From contig CALBLI010000031.1 of assembly GCA_937896065.1 (NCBI GenBank), forward strand, positions 1 to 60,705: a stretch of 60,705 nt of DNA. Reading direction: 5' to 3'. This DNA comes from an uncultured Bacillales bacterium (GTDB lineage: Bacteria; Bacillota_I; Bacilli_A; RFN20; CAG-288). A program made the translations under genes and the position numbers. Position 1 is the first letter of the stretch. Each line of letters starts with the position of its first letter. The notes beneath the pieces are model-generated. The model ran no database searches. It was given only the letters and a program-made list of their open reading frames with translations, and was not told the DNA's origin. This document shows, piece after piece, positions 12,201-17,972 of this stretch.

Positions 12201-12451
12201 TGTGAGCCAAGTAAAATAGCACCATTATTTTCATAAGTGACAGAGATACCTGATGGAACATTTTTAGCAAAAATTGAATGTGGTTTGCCATCATATGAAA
12301 CACTAGCATCCTCAAATACAACACCAGATAAATCTAGTTTTTTAACTTCCGTTGATTTAGATTCATTATCTGTGAGTTTACAACTTGAGATTGAAAAAGT
12401 GAAAAGTGAAGCGAGTAAAGCTATATGAATAAGTTTATTTTTTCTAGCCAT
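212..12451 (-). CDS. Giant surface lipoprotein, 4079 aa: lipobox signal peptide, MBG-like modules, Listeria-Bacteroides (Flg_new-type) repeats, then ~2400 aa of unassigned C-terminal sequence
   Basis: Single uninterrupted 12.2-kb ORF. GGAGGG at 12458-12463 lies 6 nt upstream of the ATG at 12451. The N-terminus MARKNKLIHIALLASLFTFSISSC has a basic n-region, a hydrophobic core and a lipobox Cys. Residues ~40-300 repeat the pattern YDGKxH...P.G..VTY.NN (MBG-like). Residues ~300-1650 carry at least 7 GY.F.GW(Y/S/K) signatures (HRFVGWY, YVFLGWS, YIFTGWY, YTFLGWS, YYFDGWY, FRFSGWK, YEFVGWK). No C-terminal TM segment or LPXTG. Confidence 0.9.
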   Translation of the reverse strand: MARKNKLIHIALLASLFTFSISSCKLTDNESKSTEVKKLDLSGVVFEDASVSYDGKPHSIFAKNVPSGISVTYENNGAILLGSHRIVAHFSKKTSGTSASERYEEVVKIAYLTITKDATSIDETLSEKLDRLVFPDMNVTYTGSQYTVKLQNPEDIPSGFTAIYSNNVQVAAGEYVATCKIVKSDTMVAYKTLSSKIIIAKAEIDIKDVVFKDTSYPSDGKIHIIEPTNVPDKVTYRYELVSSTTGDNLDANAIINVGSKTVRAVFSVDPASGLDASNYTIVNSADADRTNNKKTATISILQAGALQYTVKYIVRHYEESLNSDNSITRIPKYDLDNDGNEVVYSQNIINTNFGNYIKKSNLVEREGYEIVVRDEKYNDILTEDGFLVGEGATGGDIIVEYVPIIYNVDFNVEHGQINSRTYTIEESLNLLDPNLDDSHRFVGWYTDSGYSIPVSTLKGLTGNRVIYGRAIEDDELFTFTVKNTTTIWDGNGKSIEVSGLYSENDIAVKYEYYGFDSNGMQYQLNAQDENVRPTEVGKYIVKVRFFTKKIDQSTGMSYVTNEERYKAINAYLIIEPKNVDSESNANFKNTTFEWTGNASTGNYPVLTNYPQSATDLTYAYYDSNMKALGSSKPTEPGTYYSYASYKLQDGTQEGLTKTFKATFTITKKSYTLDFINNVIAKVVNTTYEIKGDKVAIRPEGGNEVEENLKNYETSGFYLKNLEFGGTFVVGGGVTCTATRVDSNTLKFVFSNNAYPTLLLKLNNNKIAYNDFGTVEVAGHYAFEQEVNAEHYLLPASIYRTLTAYTTGTNKVTFKNADGAVISTVSVKTGSSVAAPSTSDYTLPAPGLNINAKDYEIYWKSDNKFSSLDKIMGDTVFTLSTRLKEYTLRFEVDPDSIGTIERIGDQKFTATSTGQFYNINTDNLVKSGYNFAGFYMYDVNGNRVTIESSSKFSDASKKLTSDGSCSNYVVYMQTVALTTTGIFDANGGTLNGNRELTQTFGKPYNLPTINPTIEGGYVFLGWSLNGSIIASNTIYSQYTTKALNFKAEYSKPTNTVTFLPENGDEFTSFDITIGEEIPMPLVSPKKSGYIFTGWYSSDGVKLEKGNKFLGSTSIVYSARYEAINVTIKYHNNELGKQNVDETIEILTTVSGTYGGKIPQATNQTGLIVYPPSLTGYTFLGWSLDGKNLITSDSLIDQFVSTTVDEELVYSLDIYPVYKNNNYKITYAFKVEGMLNKISNVIYNQNVDLETAPNRTGYYFDGWYTTSDCQAGTNFKDDILPNPSVPTVNANCYPYERDIVLYAKWVRKEYKVTFRYVKDGKNTDFTLPNRNAYGELLTSVGNSRTWLTKDEIYTNAGLNMSQALIPVFTYSNGSVVKEGDAFIYDPVVHEKEEADKNKVYDKENPDNNVVIIYIRSTINDFFNISYIADNEGLPTVQSVVGNADFNLALPPIREGKKFKSYYYYYKDADGSTKKYYLTDTGKADGIALTKWNISNANTAKNGVVDYVLYAEFEPLKYRLFIRTNDQQSLLGYNDDKSEKYVVTYFGEAYNISSNGYGTVFKTYVDNKLKELGYRFDYWRDNYGNVITTNTILTNPNAVDIDSSTNNTDGIYLYAQVKALNYIITYLPDNNSNPYVINVSYNAAYSKMGNPTKQGFRFSGWKYYKADKFNLDNYRNNTLPADALITDMNEISFNQTCDVIAIAQYVGDEYTITYKYNILKYENNAITVDTVESTSNVKYKDSYTVKSFTDFNLTAGNINNNYKLYLRLYEFVGWKDEQTLVIYKPGEEIPEYLKTADSSFVAVYTPREFTIQFTYVTQEKNTNTGTTISTTKVAKRENVALGDSIEAPKDPIPGGNTTYGDNKVWKPVINGNVSTDPNSGIDPLSTEVINISNIALDFYKNDADKTGMKNLWDAIVKLTDNTLSDFLVREYKLNASTNYGYYQIVLDNNDSWTLTGNTVYDVYGNLENNGGDRGTKIKLPNIVKTISDGGSFKKRQPGSTEADAVNVNFNRDLSTKYTYKMDDKTYKPYLRTVYVINGSYYLDGDYSPISITGNYDDPTTFYAFTTYLAGNSTASSYSELFNFTLKDEDGNPLKAHIVDNGMSTVDESTTLDSVNEIGFAGFMNREYTTTNLLANEVYIPYFYYDGIKIRRVTAIVNDSANNGAFENVTYAAKYYIPNSINFIDENSFLNTRTTVGANGVAGSDKIIVYYADSLSYFDTFVDVQDLAVIKNEIIMALNIDSMTYEYDKAADPFAGYSSHMRFDGRTHANMNHRSFATASSYTVLSYLNEVKGSSYTPWEEYVRRLYYSKNNTSRTITIYKGLNEALTYATDILKIKNSIMAFSSTADDYGSGLISEQENQKSTLYPYFMYIGTPISFARTYYSRQRINKLKIDDSEDLPVEDDGSKLYKDRPYYKIDKFYLAMPYKVGEEKQGEATINHTAKENIFVDSKNIANVKNLTAIYLETSKNIVSKLYGEDPNYFTDNGDPEESYSDSNFVTCYKSFTDSSDSITLDYLYNGDDEANGVTGAAYFIKTLIAGGEKADKLRENYKSKCVDFVFNSDGTVHTTNTKYSRFIATKNYQTKSIEYLFLGTYNDFLNLGKDTVDKYRGSTINFIYNENLKEYAEDDPLAIIDENSTLQRIFLGTSGEYLDTLSNDTITEQRNKNQFVYCFTSDDDYKLIGFYLGDVDHFLSTNLKDGMNNDVKKAGEIYQCLQTSNSTLQTIRYTSYIYLSDNASEGPTEFFSYKRKGWKYDTDNKKIVEGDEYNVSIKLYKGEDTIIYNAKVSDTTGDSLGAYYTNTAKVLATKVYDGSEGRVVAVLRQDFAKDSINENTTINSKNLELAYIGRLTAGNDAISNILNQKTKYGLDEVKHFAYYINNSLGSSIVYYFQLDASASISFNGKIYGSQDEKTYNDYFFNSNRVNAVNTNNGETPHYYVNVNMKQLLLDTSSLESDLQEEFKSNVIKAPYKYDGTSAFDISTFRNTYLGTVDEYIEALSGVLKLQVDAANGTISYDTSDEAQANINRLMPFDNIDAASNKFLFAKPAWTMSSVEAEDDMGLIYLNIDSYNTPSNENIKSLVDLYYSLQNNSNDNDKLYEVLKDENNKKRLISVVNLNLYLKSNNYNEDKAVLEDIYFYPFTVENGGYDLAYKCSDGSLTFSDNFIYFAGIADDFDKTKEIKSYVNYIGLATDILRYHKNYIYYKENSFYSLLNSTEVNTTGLSDKSMMSFYSGTPKMVEEDTNGFKLIGTNATASIQNDPFYEAHPQFAQLFIKSVNGELSTTNVELLHNIRRHSYVVLIDDMSADISTKSLSTTKTYALVDYISDSSVGALYDEFIFNNSGLTGLNATIGDKAKELITISGRNFFIIRGNDSSNGIFTQKGNNLSDYITTVDSNAVDNMGVPYYFNNNDQYKFDDATLYEIYRNKFILQAGYDSMSTEADITCRNVKLLFLGSASNYMQNATSDKFFTNDKLRSYMYPAAGTTYSRKFANLTNGTAWAGNTLAINYAEVSLDEDGKEILDDLKPGIGVTIKTLIPFLIRDTNESTPIWNQITMKISNRLSNAVLRLYSFLYETRFKYVTPYLTKEQQNFKIEHAGGLSPIVTVYLKDASTVAGVTQYTCDPKTGQMVTDNTDGTINGQYVENKLYIGRNVYMNNTVSETTGVETSTYGIKYEDIESFADGPDTEVDTSSITEGQTRFYYIPENERAIMLAKHTAYFPVTYYTRFYDQSSSTGGWHGTNMPITFGDTYFDSLAMFYNKELRNIDMSTLDTTTSEGKEEIEKLVSKGEILYAAYLNKVASYEQEHDLINNDGYGNADKTKFNNGLWDTSPFLLRNYYLPSKVNPNTGADSAKTRINSDSCVDWLGFVACRQSGDISVSVTDDSGTVTDTVVQHDVMAPSVIGISPFYSNKDALTDTWETEAADGTKTTHTKYIDIIGAFNFLSSGAFGLANKGTAHEYTNSASATDNTMGASHPLKIWKQYFIDTQQNQNLNNLYVRNRFMVYKYVSLFTYGNYTKSILYGNRIGLLDSYGTHGYTGVESIYRGVEYASKDATDELAVIYKHCGNTEVQYLLPLHTMDDKAGREAE

Positions 12452-12493
12452 AGTATACCCTCCTAAAAAAGACGCAATAATTGCCTATGAAAT

Positions 12494-12522
12494 ATTATAT
12501 ATATATTACATATATATGTCAA
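12494..12522 (-). promoter_or_regulatory. Consensus sigma-A-type promoter of the 4079-aa lipoprotein gene
   Basis: On the coding (minus) strand: TTGACA (12522-12517), 17-nt spacer tatatatgtaatatata, TATAAT (12499-12494), about 40 nt upstream of the ATG. Confidence 0.65.
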
Positions 12523-12760
12523 ATAATTAGCCACTACTAAGTGAAGTAATTGCATGCAAACTTCAATTTAACAATAATAGTTTGCATTTATTAAAAATAT
12601 TATGAAAAAACTTATTCATATTATAAAAGTTGCTATAGTTTCTAAAGCTTTATGAAAATAAAATATTAACTCATTTAGAGTAAAAATTTTAAAATCAAAG
12701 TTTAAAGATAATTTTATGTTTAGAAATTTTAAAAATAAATTCAATCAACTTTAATTTTAC

Positions 12761-13258
12761 TTAAATTATTTTTTTATTTTCATCAATCTTATTTTCTCTA
12801 AATTTATTGGTCAAAAATAAATGAATAAATAAAATAACAAGACTAATATATGGCGTCAATAAGGCATAGACATCGCATTTAACACCTGATGCTATTTTAG
12901 AAGAATAATAAATGCCTACAAATTCAAAAATTATAATACAAACAAGAATAGAAGAACTTATTAAAAATCTTCTCAATTTTTTTTGATAATTTGATATAAG
13001 AACAAATAGTGAAAAAGAAAAAAGAATAGCAAATAAAGCTAAAGCTACTATAAACATTGAAACTGAATAATATAAAGAAGTTCCAGTGTCTTCTAAGTAA
13101 TTAAAGGCAGAGTAACCAGAAACTAATGTTCTTTTATCCTGAATAATTGTCACATAATATGGAGCAAAATAAAGGAGCGTTGAAAGTAATGAAAATATAG
13201 ATAGCATGATATAAGTTATATTCTCTTTCAATTTAAGATTAGCAATGATTTTGTTCAT
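12761..13258 (-). CDS. Small polytopic membrane protein, unknown function (165 aa)
   Basis: ORF with several long hydrophobic segments (YIMLSIFSLLSTLLYFAPYYV, MFIVALALFAILFSFSLFVLI, ILVCIIIFEFVGIYY, LLTPYISLVILFIHLFL). I recognise no family. Confidence 0.6.
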   Translation of the reverse strand: MNKIIANLKLKENITYIMLSIFSLLSTLLYFAPYYVTIIQDKRTLVSGYSAFNYLEDTGTSLYYSVSMFIVALALFAILFSFSLFVLISNYQKKLRRFLISSSILVCIIIFEFVGIYYSSKIASGVKCDVYALLTPYISLVILFIHLFLTNKFRENKIDENKKII

Positions 13259-13329
13259 ATTAATATCCTCTTTTTTATGCAGTTTGAATAGCAGTTTAAA
13301 TAAATTTGTTTTTGCGTTATAATTTTAAC

Positions 13330-14238
13330 ATGAAAAAAGTTATAGACTATATTATTTTGCTTGTTCAAGGTTTCATCTATGGTTTATTTGAAATGATTCC
13401 TTTTTTTAGGACTGACTTTTTTAAAAAGTTTGCCCACTATAAGCTTAATGATGATGATTTAAAAAACGATCTTTTTAAAAATTGGACTTTTTATTTAGGC
13501 TCTGCAATCGGTATTATTTTCTTTTTTGCATTCCCACTATTTTATTTAAAAGAAAATTACCTATACACAATCGGATACATTTATTTAGCTATTATCATCA
13601 TCAATTTCATCGCTTCCATAATTGTCGCTTTGATTAAAAAAACTAATTGGTTAAAAATGCTTATAAACTTTGCTTCTTCTGCTACTATAGTCATTATTTT
13701 ATATTTTGTTAACTTGAGCGATGTTCTTGCTTTAAATAATTTTGGTGCTTATTCACTAGTCGCGTTTATGATTGCAATATTTACGTTTATTTCTTTATAT
13801 TCAAATATTACAATTTCTTCATTTATAGTGTTTGTTTCAATCTATTTCCAATTTGCCGACAAATTAAATAAGTTTGCACTACTTCAGCAAATTAAATCTG
13901 AATGCGGATTTGTTTTTTTTATTCTGCTTGGTTTGATTCTTGGTTTGATTGCATTTAAATTATTTGATAATAAAATTAAAATTGATGGAAGAGAATGCAG
14001 TAGTATTCCTTTTTATATTTTAGCTTTGATTATTGTTTCACAGACTATATCAAATCATTCGCCAATACCTAGCTTAAATGAGTCTAAAATTGCAACTACG
14101 ATTCTCTTTTCAACTTCGCTCATTGCCGTTATTTGTATCACTCTTGTTTTTGCTATATATGGCGTTCTATCTTATTTAAAAACAACAAAAAAGATTCAAA
14201 TATTAACTGATAATATCGAATCAAATTTAGAAGACTAG
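13330..14238 (+). CDS. Polytopic membrane protein, unknown function (~302 aa)
   Basis: The ORF-track start at 13306 is TTG. The first ATG, at 13330 (MKKVIDYIILLVQGF...), is preferred. About 8 hydrophobic helices run the length of the protein. No family recognised. Confidence 0.6.
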   Translation: MKKVIDYIILLVQGFIYGLFEMIPFFRTDFFKKFAHYKLNDDDLKNDLFKNWTFYLGSAIGIIFFFAFPLFYLKENYLYTIGYIYLAIIIINFIASIIVALIKKTNWLKMLINFASSATIVIILYFVNLSDVLALNNFGAYSLVAFMIAIFTFISLYSNITISSFIVFVSIYFQFADKLNKFALLQQIKSECGFVFFILLGLILGLIAFKLFDNKIKIDGRECSSIPFYILALIIVSQTISNHSPIPSLNESKIATTILFSTSLIAVICITLVFAIYGVLSYLKTTKKIQILTDNIESNLED

Positions 14239-14245
14239 CATATAT

Positions 14246-14965
14246 ATGAGATTAGATGGTTTTTTATCAAAAAATGGATTTGGTTCGCGTAAATCAGTAA
14301 AAAAATTGATCTTAAATAAAAGAGTAAAAGTTAATAGTGAAGTCATTTTGGATGTCGGATATAAAATCATTGATGGTGATGTAATTACAGTTGATGGCAA
14401 TGTTATAAAAGATATATCTAATATTGTTTTGATGATCAATAAACCTGAAGGATATATATCATCACTTATTGATGAAAGGTATCCTTCTGTCATGAATCTT
14501 ATTCCTGATGTATATCGAAAGACTTTAAGATTAGTTGGCAGATTAGATTATGATACAACCGGGCTTTTACTCATAACAGATAATGGCATTTTAAATCAAA
14601 GACTTACCAGTCCTAAATATCACGTTAGTAAAACTTACGAAGTAAAAGTCAATCACCTTTTGAAAAATGAGTTAATTGAAAAATTTAATCAACCAAATGA
14701 CATTGGTAAAGGTGAAATAACTAAACCTGCTAAACTTGAAATCGTCGATGATTATAATGCACTTATAACTATAACTGAAGGTAAGTATCATGAGATTAAA
14801 AGATTGTTTGGCAAATACAACTATGATGTAATAAAGCTAAATAGAATTTCTTTTGGTCCACTATTTTTAAATGATTTACCATTAGGTAAGTATCGAGAGT
14901 TAACCAAAGATGAATATATAATTCTTTTAAAAGAAGTCAATTTGAATGAGGAGGACTTTATATGA
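14246..14965 (+). CDS. rsuA: RsuA/RluB-family rRNA pseudouridine synthase with N-terminal S4 domain
   Basis: S4-like N-terminus MRLDGFLSKNGFGSRKSVKKLI. Catalytic motif GRLDYDTTGLLLITDNG. The 239-aa length is typical of RsuA. The TGA stop overlaps the next ATG (ATGA at 14962). Confidence 0.8.
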   Translation: MRLDGFLSKNGFGSRKSVKKLILNKRVKVNSEVILDVGYKIIDGDVITVDGNVIKDISNIVLMINKPEGYISSLIDERYPSVMNLIPDVYRKTLRLVGRLDYDTTGLLLITDNGILNQRLTSPKYHVSKTYEVKVNHLLKNELIEKFNQPNDIGKGEITKPAKLEIVDDYNALITITEGKYHEIKRLFGKYNYDVIKLNRISFGPLFLNDLPLGKYRELTKDEYIILLKEVNLNEEDFI

Positions 14966-15471
14966 GTGTAATTTGTCCTAGATGTGGTAAGGATAATATA
15001 TCCTATTTTCATGATACTGTTTTTAAAACAATAGGTGCTCACTGTGAATCATGCAATCATGATTTTAATGTTGATAGTGAAGACGGCTCTTTATTAAATA
15101 ACTACATTTCTACTTTTTCATCCTTTTATTATTTAAATAAAAAGGATGAAGCTAATTACAAGGAAGTATGCTTTAACTCTGACGGAATAATAACTCTGAT
15201 AGAAAACAAAGAAAAAAAAGAAATATTTGATACAACATTAAATATCAAAGACTATTTAGATACTTTGCTACTTGTTTTATTTAAAAAAGTATACATTCTT
15301 GATTTCCCAGCTTCTAATATCAAAAAAGAAGAAAAGTTAGACTATATAAAGATAGAACTGAATTTTAAAGATAATAAAAAAGTAAGTTACCACTACTTTA
15401 AATTAGAACCACCATATCTACATGTCATTGATGAACTTTTTAAACCGCTTTTTATGAAGGAGCAATTATGA
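14962..15471 (+). CDS. Hypothetical protein with N-terminal zinc-ribbon (CPRCG...CESC), 169 aa
   Basis: ORF translationally coupled to rsuA (ATGA overlap). CxxC at residues 5-8 and CxxC at residues 28-31. No other family motif recognised. Confidence 0.55.
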   Translation: MSVICPRCGKDNISYFHDTVFKTIGAHCESCNHDFNVDSEDGSLLNNYISTFSSFYYLNKKDEANYKEVCFNSDGIITLIENKEKKEIFDTTLNIKDYLDTLLLVLFKKVYILDFPASNIKKEEKLDYIKIELNFKDNKKVSYHYFKLEPPYLHVIDELFKPLFMKEQL

Positions 15472-15833
15472 AAATTGAAGATGTTACTGAAATAAATTTA
15501 TACAAAAGAGATGTCAAATCAATTGAAGATGTCAATTATCACTATCTTAAAATAGATGGTGATAAAGTTGAAATTGATAATGCAAATAGCATCATTAAAC
15601 TTGCTAAAATAAATTCTCTTTTAAATAAATTATTAGATTTAACTGAAGCATATTTAGGTTCAGAATACCGCTGCCAATTATATGAATATAATAAAGATGA
15701 TTTGATGTTAAAATTCTTTCTAGTTATCAAATTTAAAAATAAAACATATTTAGCTATAAAGGGTAATAGACCATTCAATCAGCCAAATTATAAAGAAATA
15801 CTTGACATATTAACAAAATTATTCAATTTATAA
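15468..15833 (+). CDS. Hypothetical protein, 121 aa
   Basis: ORF coupled to the upstream gene by an ATGA overlap at 15468 and followed by a hairpin terminator. No recognisable motif. Confidence 0.5.
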   Translation: MKIEDVTEINLYKRDVKSIEDVNYHYLKIDGDKVEIDNANSIIKLAKINSLLNKLLDLTEAYLGSEYRCQLYEYNKDDLMLKFFLVIKFKNKTYLAIKGNRPFNQPNYKEILDILTKLFNL

Positions 15834-15839
15834 GCAATA

Positions 15840-15885
15840 AAAAAGACTATCTAGTCACATAATGATTATAGATAGTCTTTTATTT
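15840..15885. terminator. Bidirectional rho-independent terminator between convergent genes
   Basis: 9-bp stem agactatct (15844-15852) / agatagtct (15870-15878), flanked by an A-run upstream and a T-run downstream. Confidence 0.65.
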
Positions 15886-16152
15886 TTAAAAACTAAATTC
15901 TTTAATAAGCTTATTGAAGCCATCTAATGCTTGCTGTTCATCGTCACCATCAAATGTAATTTTTATATTTGTATTTGGTGGGACAAAAGGCATCGCAAAA
16001 ACATTCATAATAGATTTTAAATCACATTCTTCACCACTATCAAGTTTCATACTTACATGGCAGTGATAATGATTTGCTTCTTCAACAAGTTCAGCTGATG
16101 ATCTAGAAGTGAGACCACCTGAATTTTTGACAGTAATAATAATTTCTTTCAT
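15886..16152 (-). CDS. HPr-family phosphocarrier-like protein lacking the His15 phosphorylation site (Crh-like), 88 aa
   Basis: From the internal ATG at 16152 the product MKEIIITVKNSGGLTSRSSAELVEEAN...CDLKSIMNVFAM aligns with HPr (..SGIHARPATLLV.....VNLKSIMGVMSL). Arg17 and the Ser46-region motif LKSIM are kept, while His15 is Thr. The 16 extra N-terminal residues in the ORF track are unlikely to be real. Confidence 0.75.
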   Translation of the reverse strand: MKEIIITVKNSGGLTSRSSAELVEEANHYHCHVSMKLDSGEECDLKSIMNVFAMPFVPPNTNIKITFDGDDEQQALDGFNKLIKEFSF

Positions 16153-16343
16153 AACTTTCACCACTCGATTTATTGTAGCATAAAAAGAAATCGCTTTCAA
16201 TATTGAAAAGTATTTCTTTACTAAAATAATTTTAACATAATATCTTCGATACTGATTAGATATTTATTGAATATGTAATTATAATTTTTCCACTAAATAA
16301 TATTTATATTGCTTTTATTTTTTAGATATTTTATTTAAAATTA

Positions 16344-17963
16344 ATGCATATGCATAAAGAAGTATTAGCTAAACTTAAAGAAGCTTGTCTTGCTATCTTG
16401 CCAATCGTGACTGTGATGATTATTGTCAACTTTGCAATACCTGGTTTTTCAGTTGAGGCCGATGCTTCAAAATTTGGACCAGTTTTAACTTCTCTTTTAA
16501 TATCAGTTGTACCACTAATTCTTGGAACCACTTTGTTTTCACTTGGTGTTGAAAAATCAATTGCTAAAATTGGTGAAATAGTCGGTGCTACTTTGACAAA
16601 AAGAAAATCAATAATTCTACTTCTTATAATTGGAGGATTACTTGGTTTTTTAGCAACTCTTGCTGAACCTGATTTGACAGTTTTAGCTTCAAGAATTGCA
16701 CCTAATGGTCCAGATTGGACTTTGATTGTTGTTGCTGCAATCGGAGTTGGAATCTTCATGGTTTTAGCTATTTTAAGAGTTGTCTTTGATAAGAGAATCA
16801 AATACTGGTTAACAATTGGTTATGGTCTAATATTCACATTAGGTTGTTTAGCTGATCAAAGCTTTTTCTCAATTGCTTTTGATGCTGGTGGTGTTACAAC
16901 TGGTGTTGTAACAGTGCCTTTTATTTTAGCAATGGGTATGGCTGTTGCACGAACTATGGGTGGATCAAATGCTGAAGATGATTCATTTGGCTATTCTGGT
17001 TTATGCTCAATGGGAACTGTATTACTGGTTATCATCTATTCACTCATTTTAAAAAATACTGGTGCTATAGGTTCAATTCAAAACAATCTTGTAGGTAAAT
17101 TTAATGTTGCAAGCGGCACTGATGAAATGATGCATCAATTGAATAGTTATCCGGCAATAAGTGAGCTATATGTTGAAAACTTAGTTTCATCAATTAAAGA
17201 TGTTGCAATATCGATGGCACCATTAATTGCGTTTTTCATTATATTCAACTTTTTCTTTAAAAATTCAAAAAAAGTTTTGATTTCTATTTTTGTTGGCTTT
17301 GCTTATACTTTTGTCGGTTTGGTTTTATTCTTCTTAGGTGCTGAATCTGGATTCATTCCTTTTGCAAGTCAATTTGGTCAGTATTTTGCAAAGCATGAAT
17401 CTTCTCTTTTTATATTTATATTAGTTGCTTTCTTATTCGGTTTTATCTCAATGCTTGCTGAACCTGCAGTTAAAGTTTTAGCAACTAATGTCTCAGAAGT
17501 ATCAGGTGGTGTTATTTCTGAACTTATCATTTACGTAGCTCTTTGTTTATCAACAGCAATTGCAGTCTCTTTAAATATATTCAGAATCAATTTTAATATT
17601 GAACTTGTCTATTTTGTTATTCCATTATTTATATTAGCAATCTCACTATCATATTTAACACCTGAAATATATGTTGGTATTGCAATTGATGCTGCTGGTG
17701 TTGCAACTGGAACAATGGCGTCTTGTTTTTTCCTTCCTATGATGATTGGTTTCACTGCTGTGAAATATAGTGATTCTTCCAGTTATGGTGAAATGCTCAT
17801 GAGAAATGGTTTTGGCGTTGTTGGTATTATGGCAATTCTTCCTATTATTGTTTGTGAACTTGTCGGTATCCTTGCAGTAATTAAAACTAAGATCAACTAT
17901 AATAAAGCAAGAAGTAAAATTAAAGAAATTGATGACTCGCAAGTCATTCATTTGCCACTTTAA
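16344..17963 (+). CDS. DUF1538-family integral membrane protein (internally duplicated), 539 aa
   Basis: About 12 hydrophobic helices. The two halves share the motif LAEPDLTVLASRIA (N-half) and LAEPAVKVLATNVS (C-half), which is typical of tandem DUF1538 domains. A P-II-like gene follows, as in other genomes. Confidence 0.75.
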   Translation: MHMHKEVLAKLKEACLAILPIVTVMIIVNFAIPGFSVEADASKFGPVLTSLLISVVPLILGTTLFSLGVEKSIAKIGEIVGATLTKRKSIILLLIIGGLLGFLATLAEPDLTVLASRIAPNGPDWTLIVVAAIGVGIFMVLAILRVVFDKRIKYWLTIGYGLIFTLGCLADQSFFSIAFDAGGVTTGVVTVPFILAMGMAVARTMGGSNAEDDSFGYSGLCSMGTVLLVIIYSLILKNTGAIGSIQNNLVGKFNVASGTDEMMHQLNSYPAISELYVENLVSSIKDVAISMAPLIAFFIIFNFFFKNSKKVLISIFVGFAYTFVGLVLFFLGAESGFIPFASQFGQYFAKHESSLFIFILVAFLFGFISMLAEPAVKVLATNVSEVSGGVISELIIYVALCLSTAIAVSLNIFRINFNIELVYFVIPLFILAISLSYLTPEIYVGIAIDAAGVATGTMASCFFLPMMIGFTAVKYSDSSSYGEMLMRNGFGVVGIMAILPIIVCELVGILAVIKTKINYNKARSKIKEIDDSQVIHLPL

Positions 17964-17972
17964 GGAGAAATT

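Noticed and set aside
298-12428. Many 60-90-aa alternate-frame or antisense ORFs inside the giant genes (for example 298-525, 2161-2346, 4108-4359, 8446-8679, 11488-11685, 12076-12324, 12237-12428). Analogous ORFs occur at 28850-42566.
   Set aside because: All are embedded in long, well-supported reading frames. Their products are low-complexity and Leu/Ile/Met-rich, as expected from AT-rich off-frames, and they lack an RBS.
12555-12586. An 8-bp inverted repeat, tgcaaact ... agtttgca, with a 16-nt loop in the intergenic region upstream of the giant gene.
   Set aside because: The loop is large, and there is no T-run on the strand where a terminator would be useful (downstream of the 12761-13258 gene). 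I cannot distinguish an operator from chance.
12602-12655. A 17-codon plus-strand ORF (MKKLIHIIKVAIVSKAL) whose start resembles the signal peptide of the adjacent giant lipoprotein (KNKLIHIALLASL).
   Set aside because: It has no Shine-Dalgarno and is very short. It lies on the opposite strand in AT-rich intergenic DNA, where such ORFs arise by chance. At most it is a decayed fragment.
16331-17951. Antisense ORFs 16331-16801 (156 aa) and 17655-17951 (98 aa) opposite the DUF1538 gene.
   Set aside because: The plus-strand frame encodes a coherent, internally duplicated membrane protein. The antisense products have no motifs and mirror its composition.
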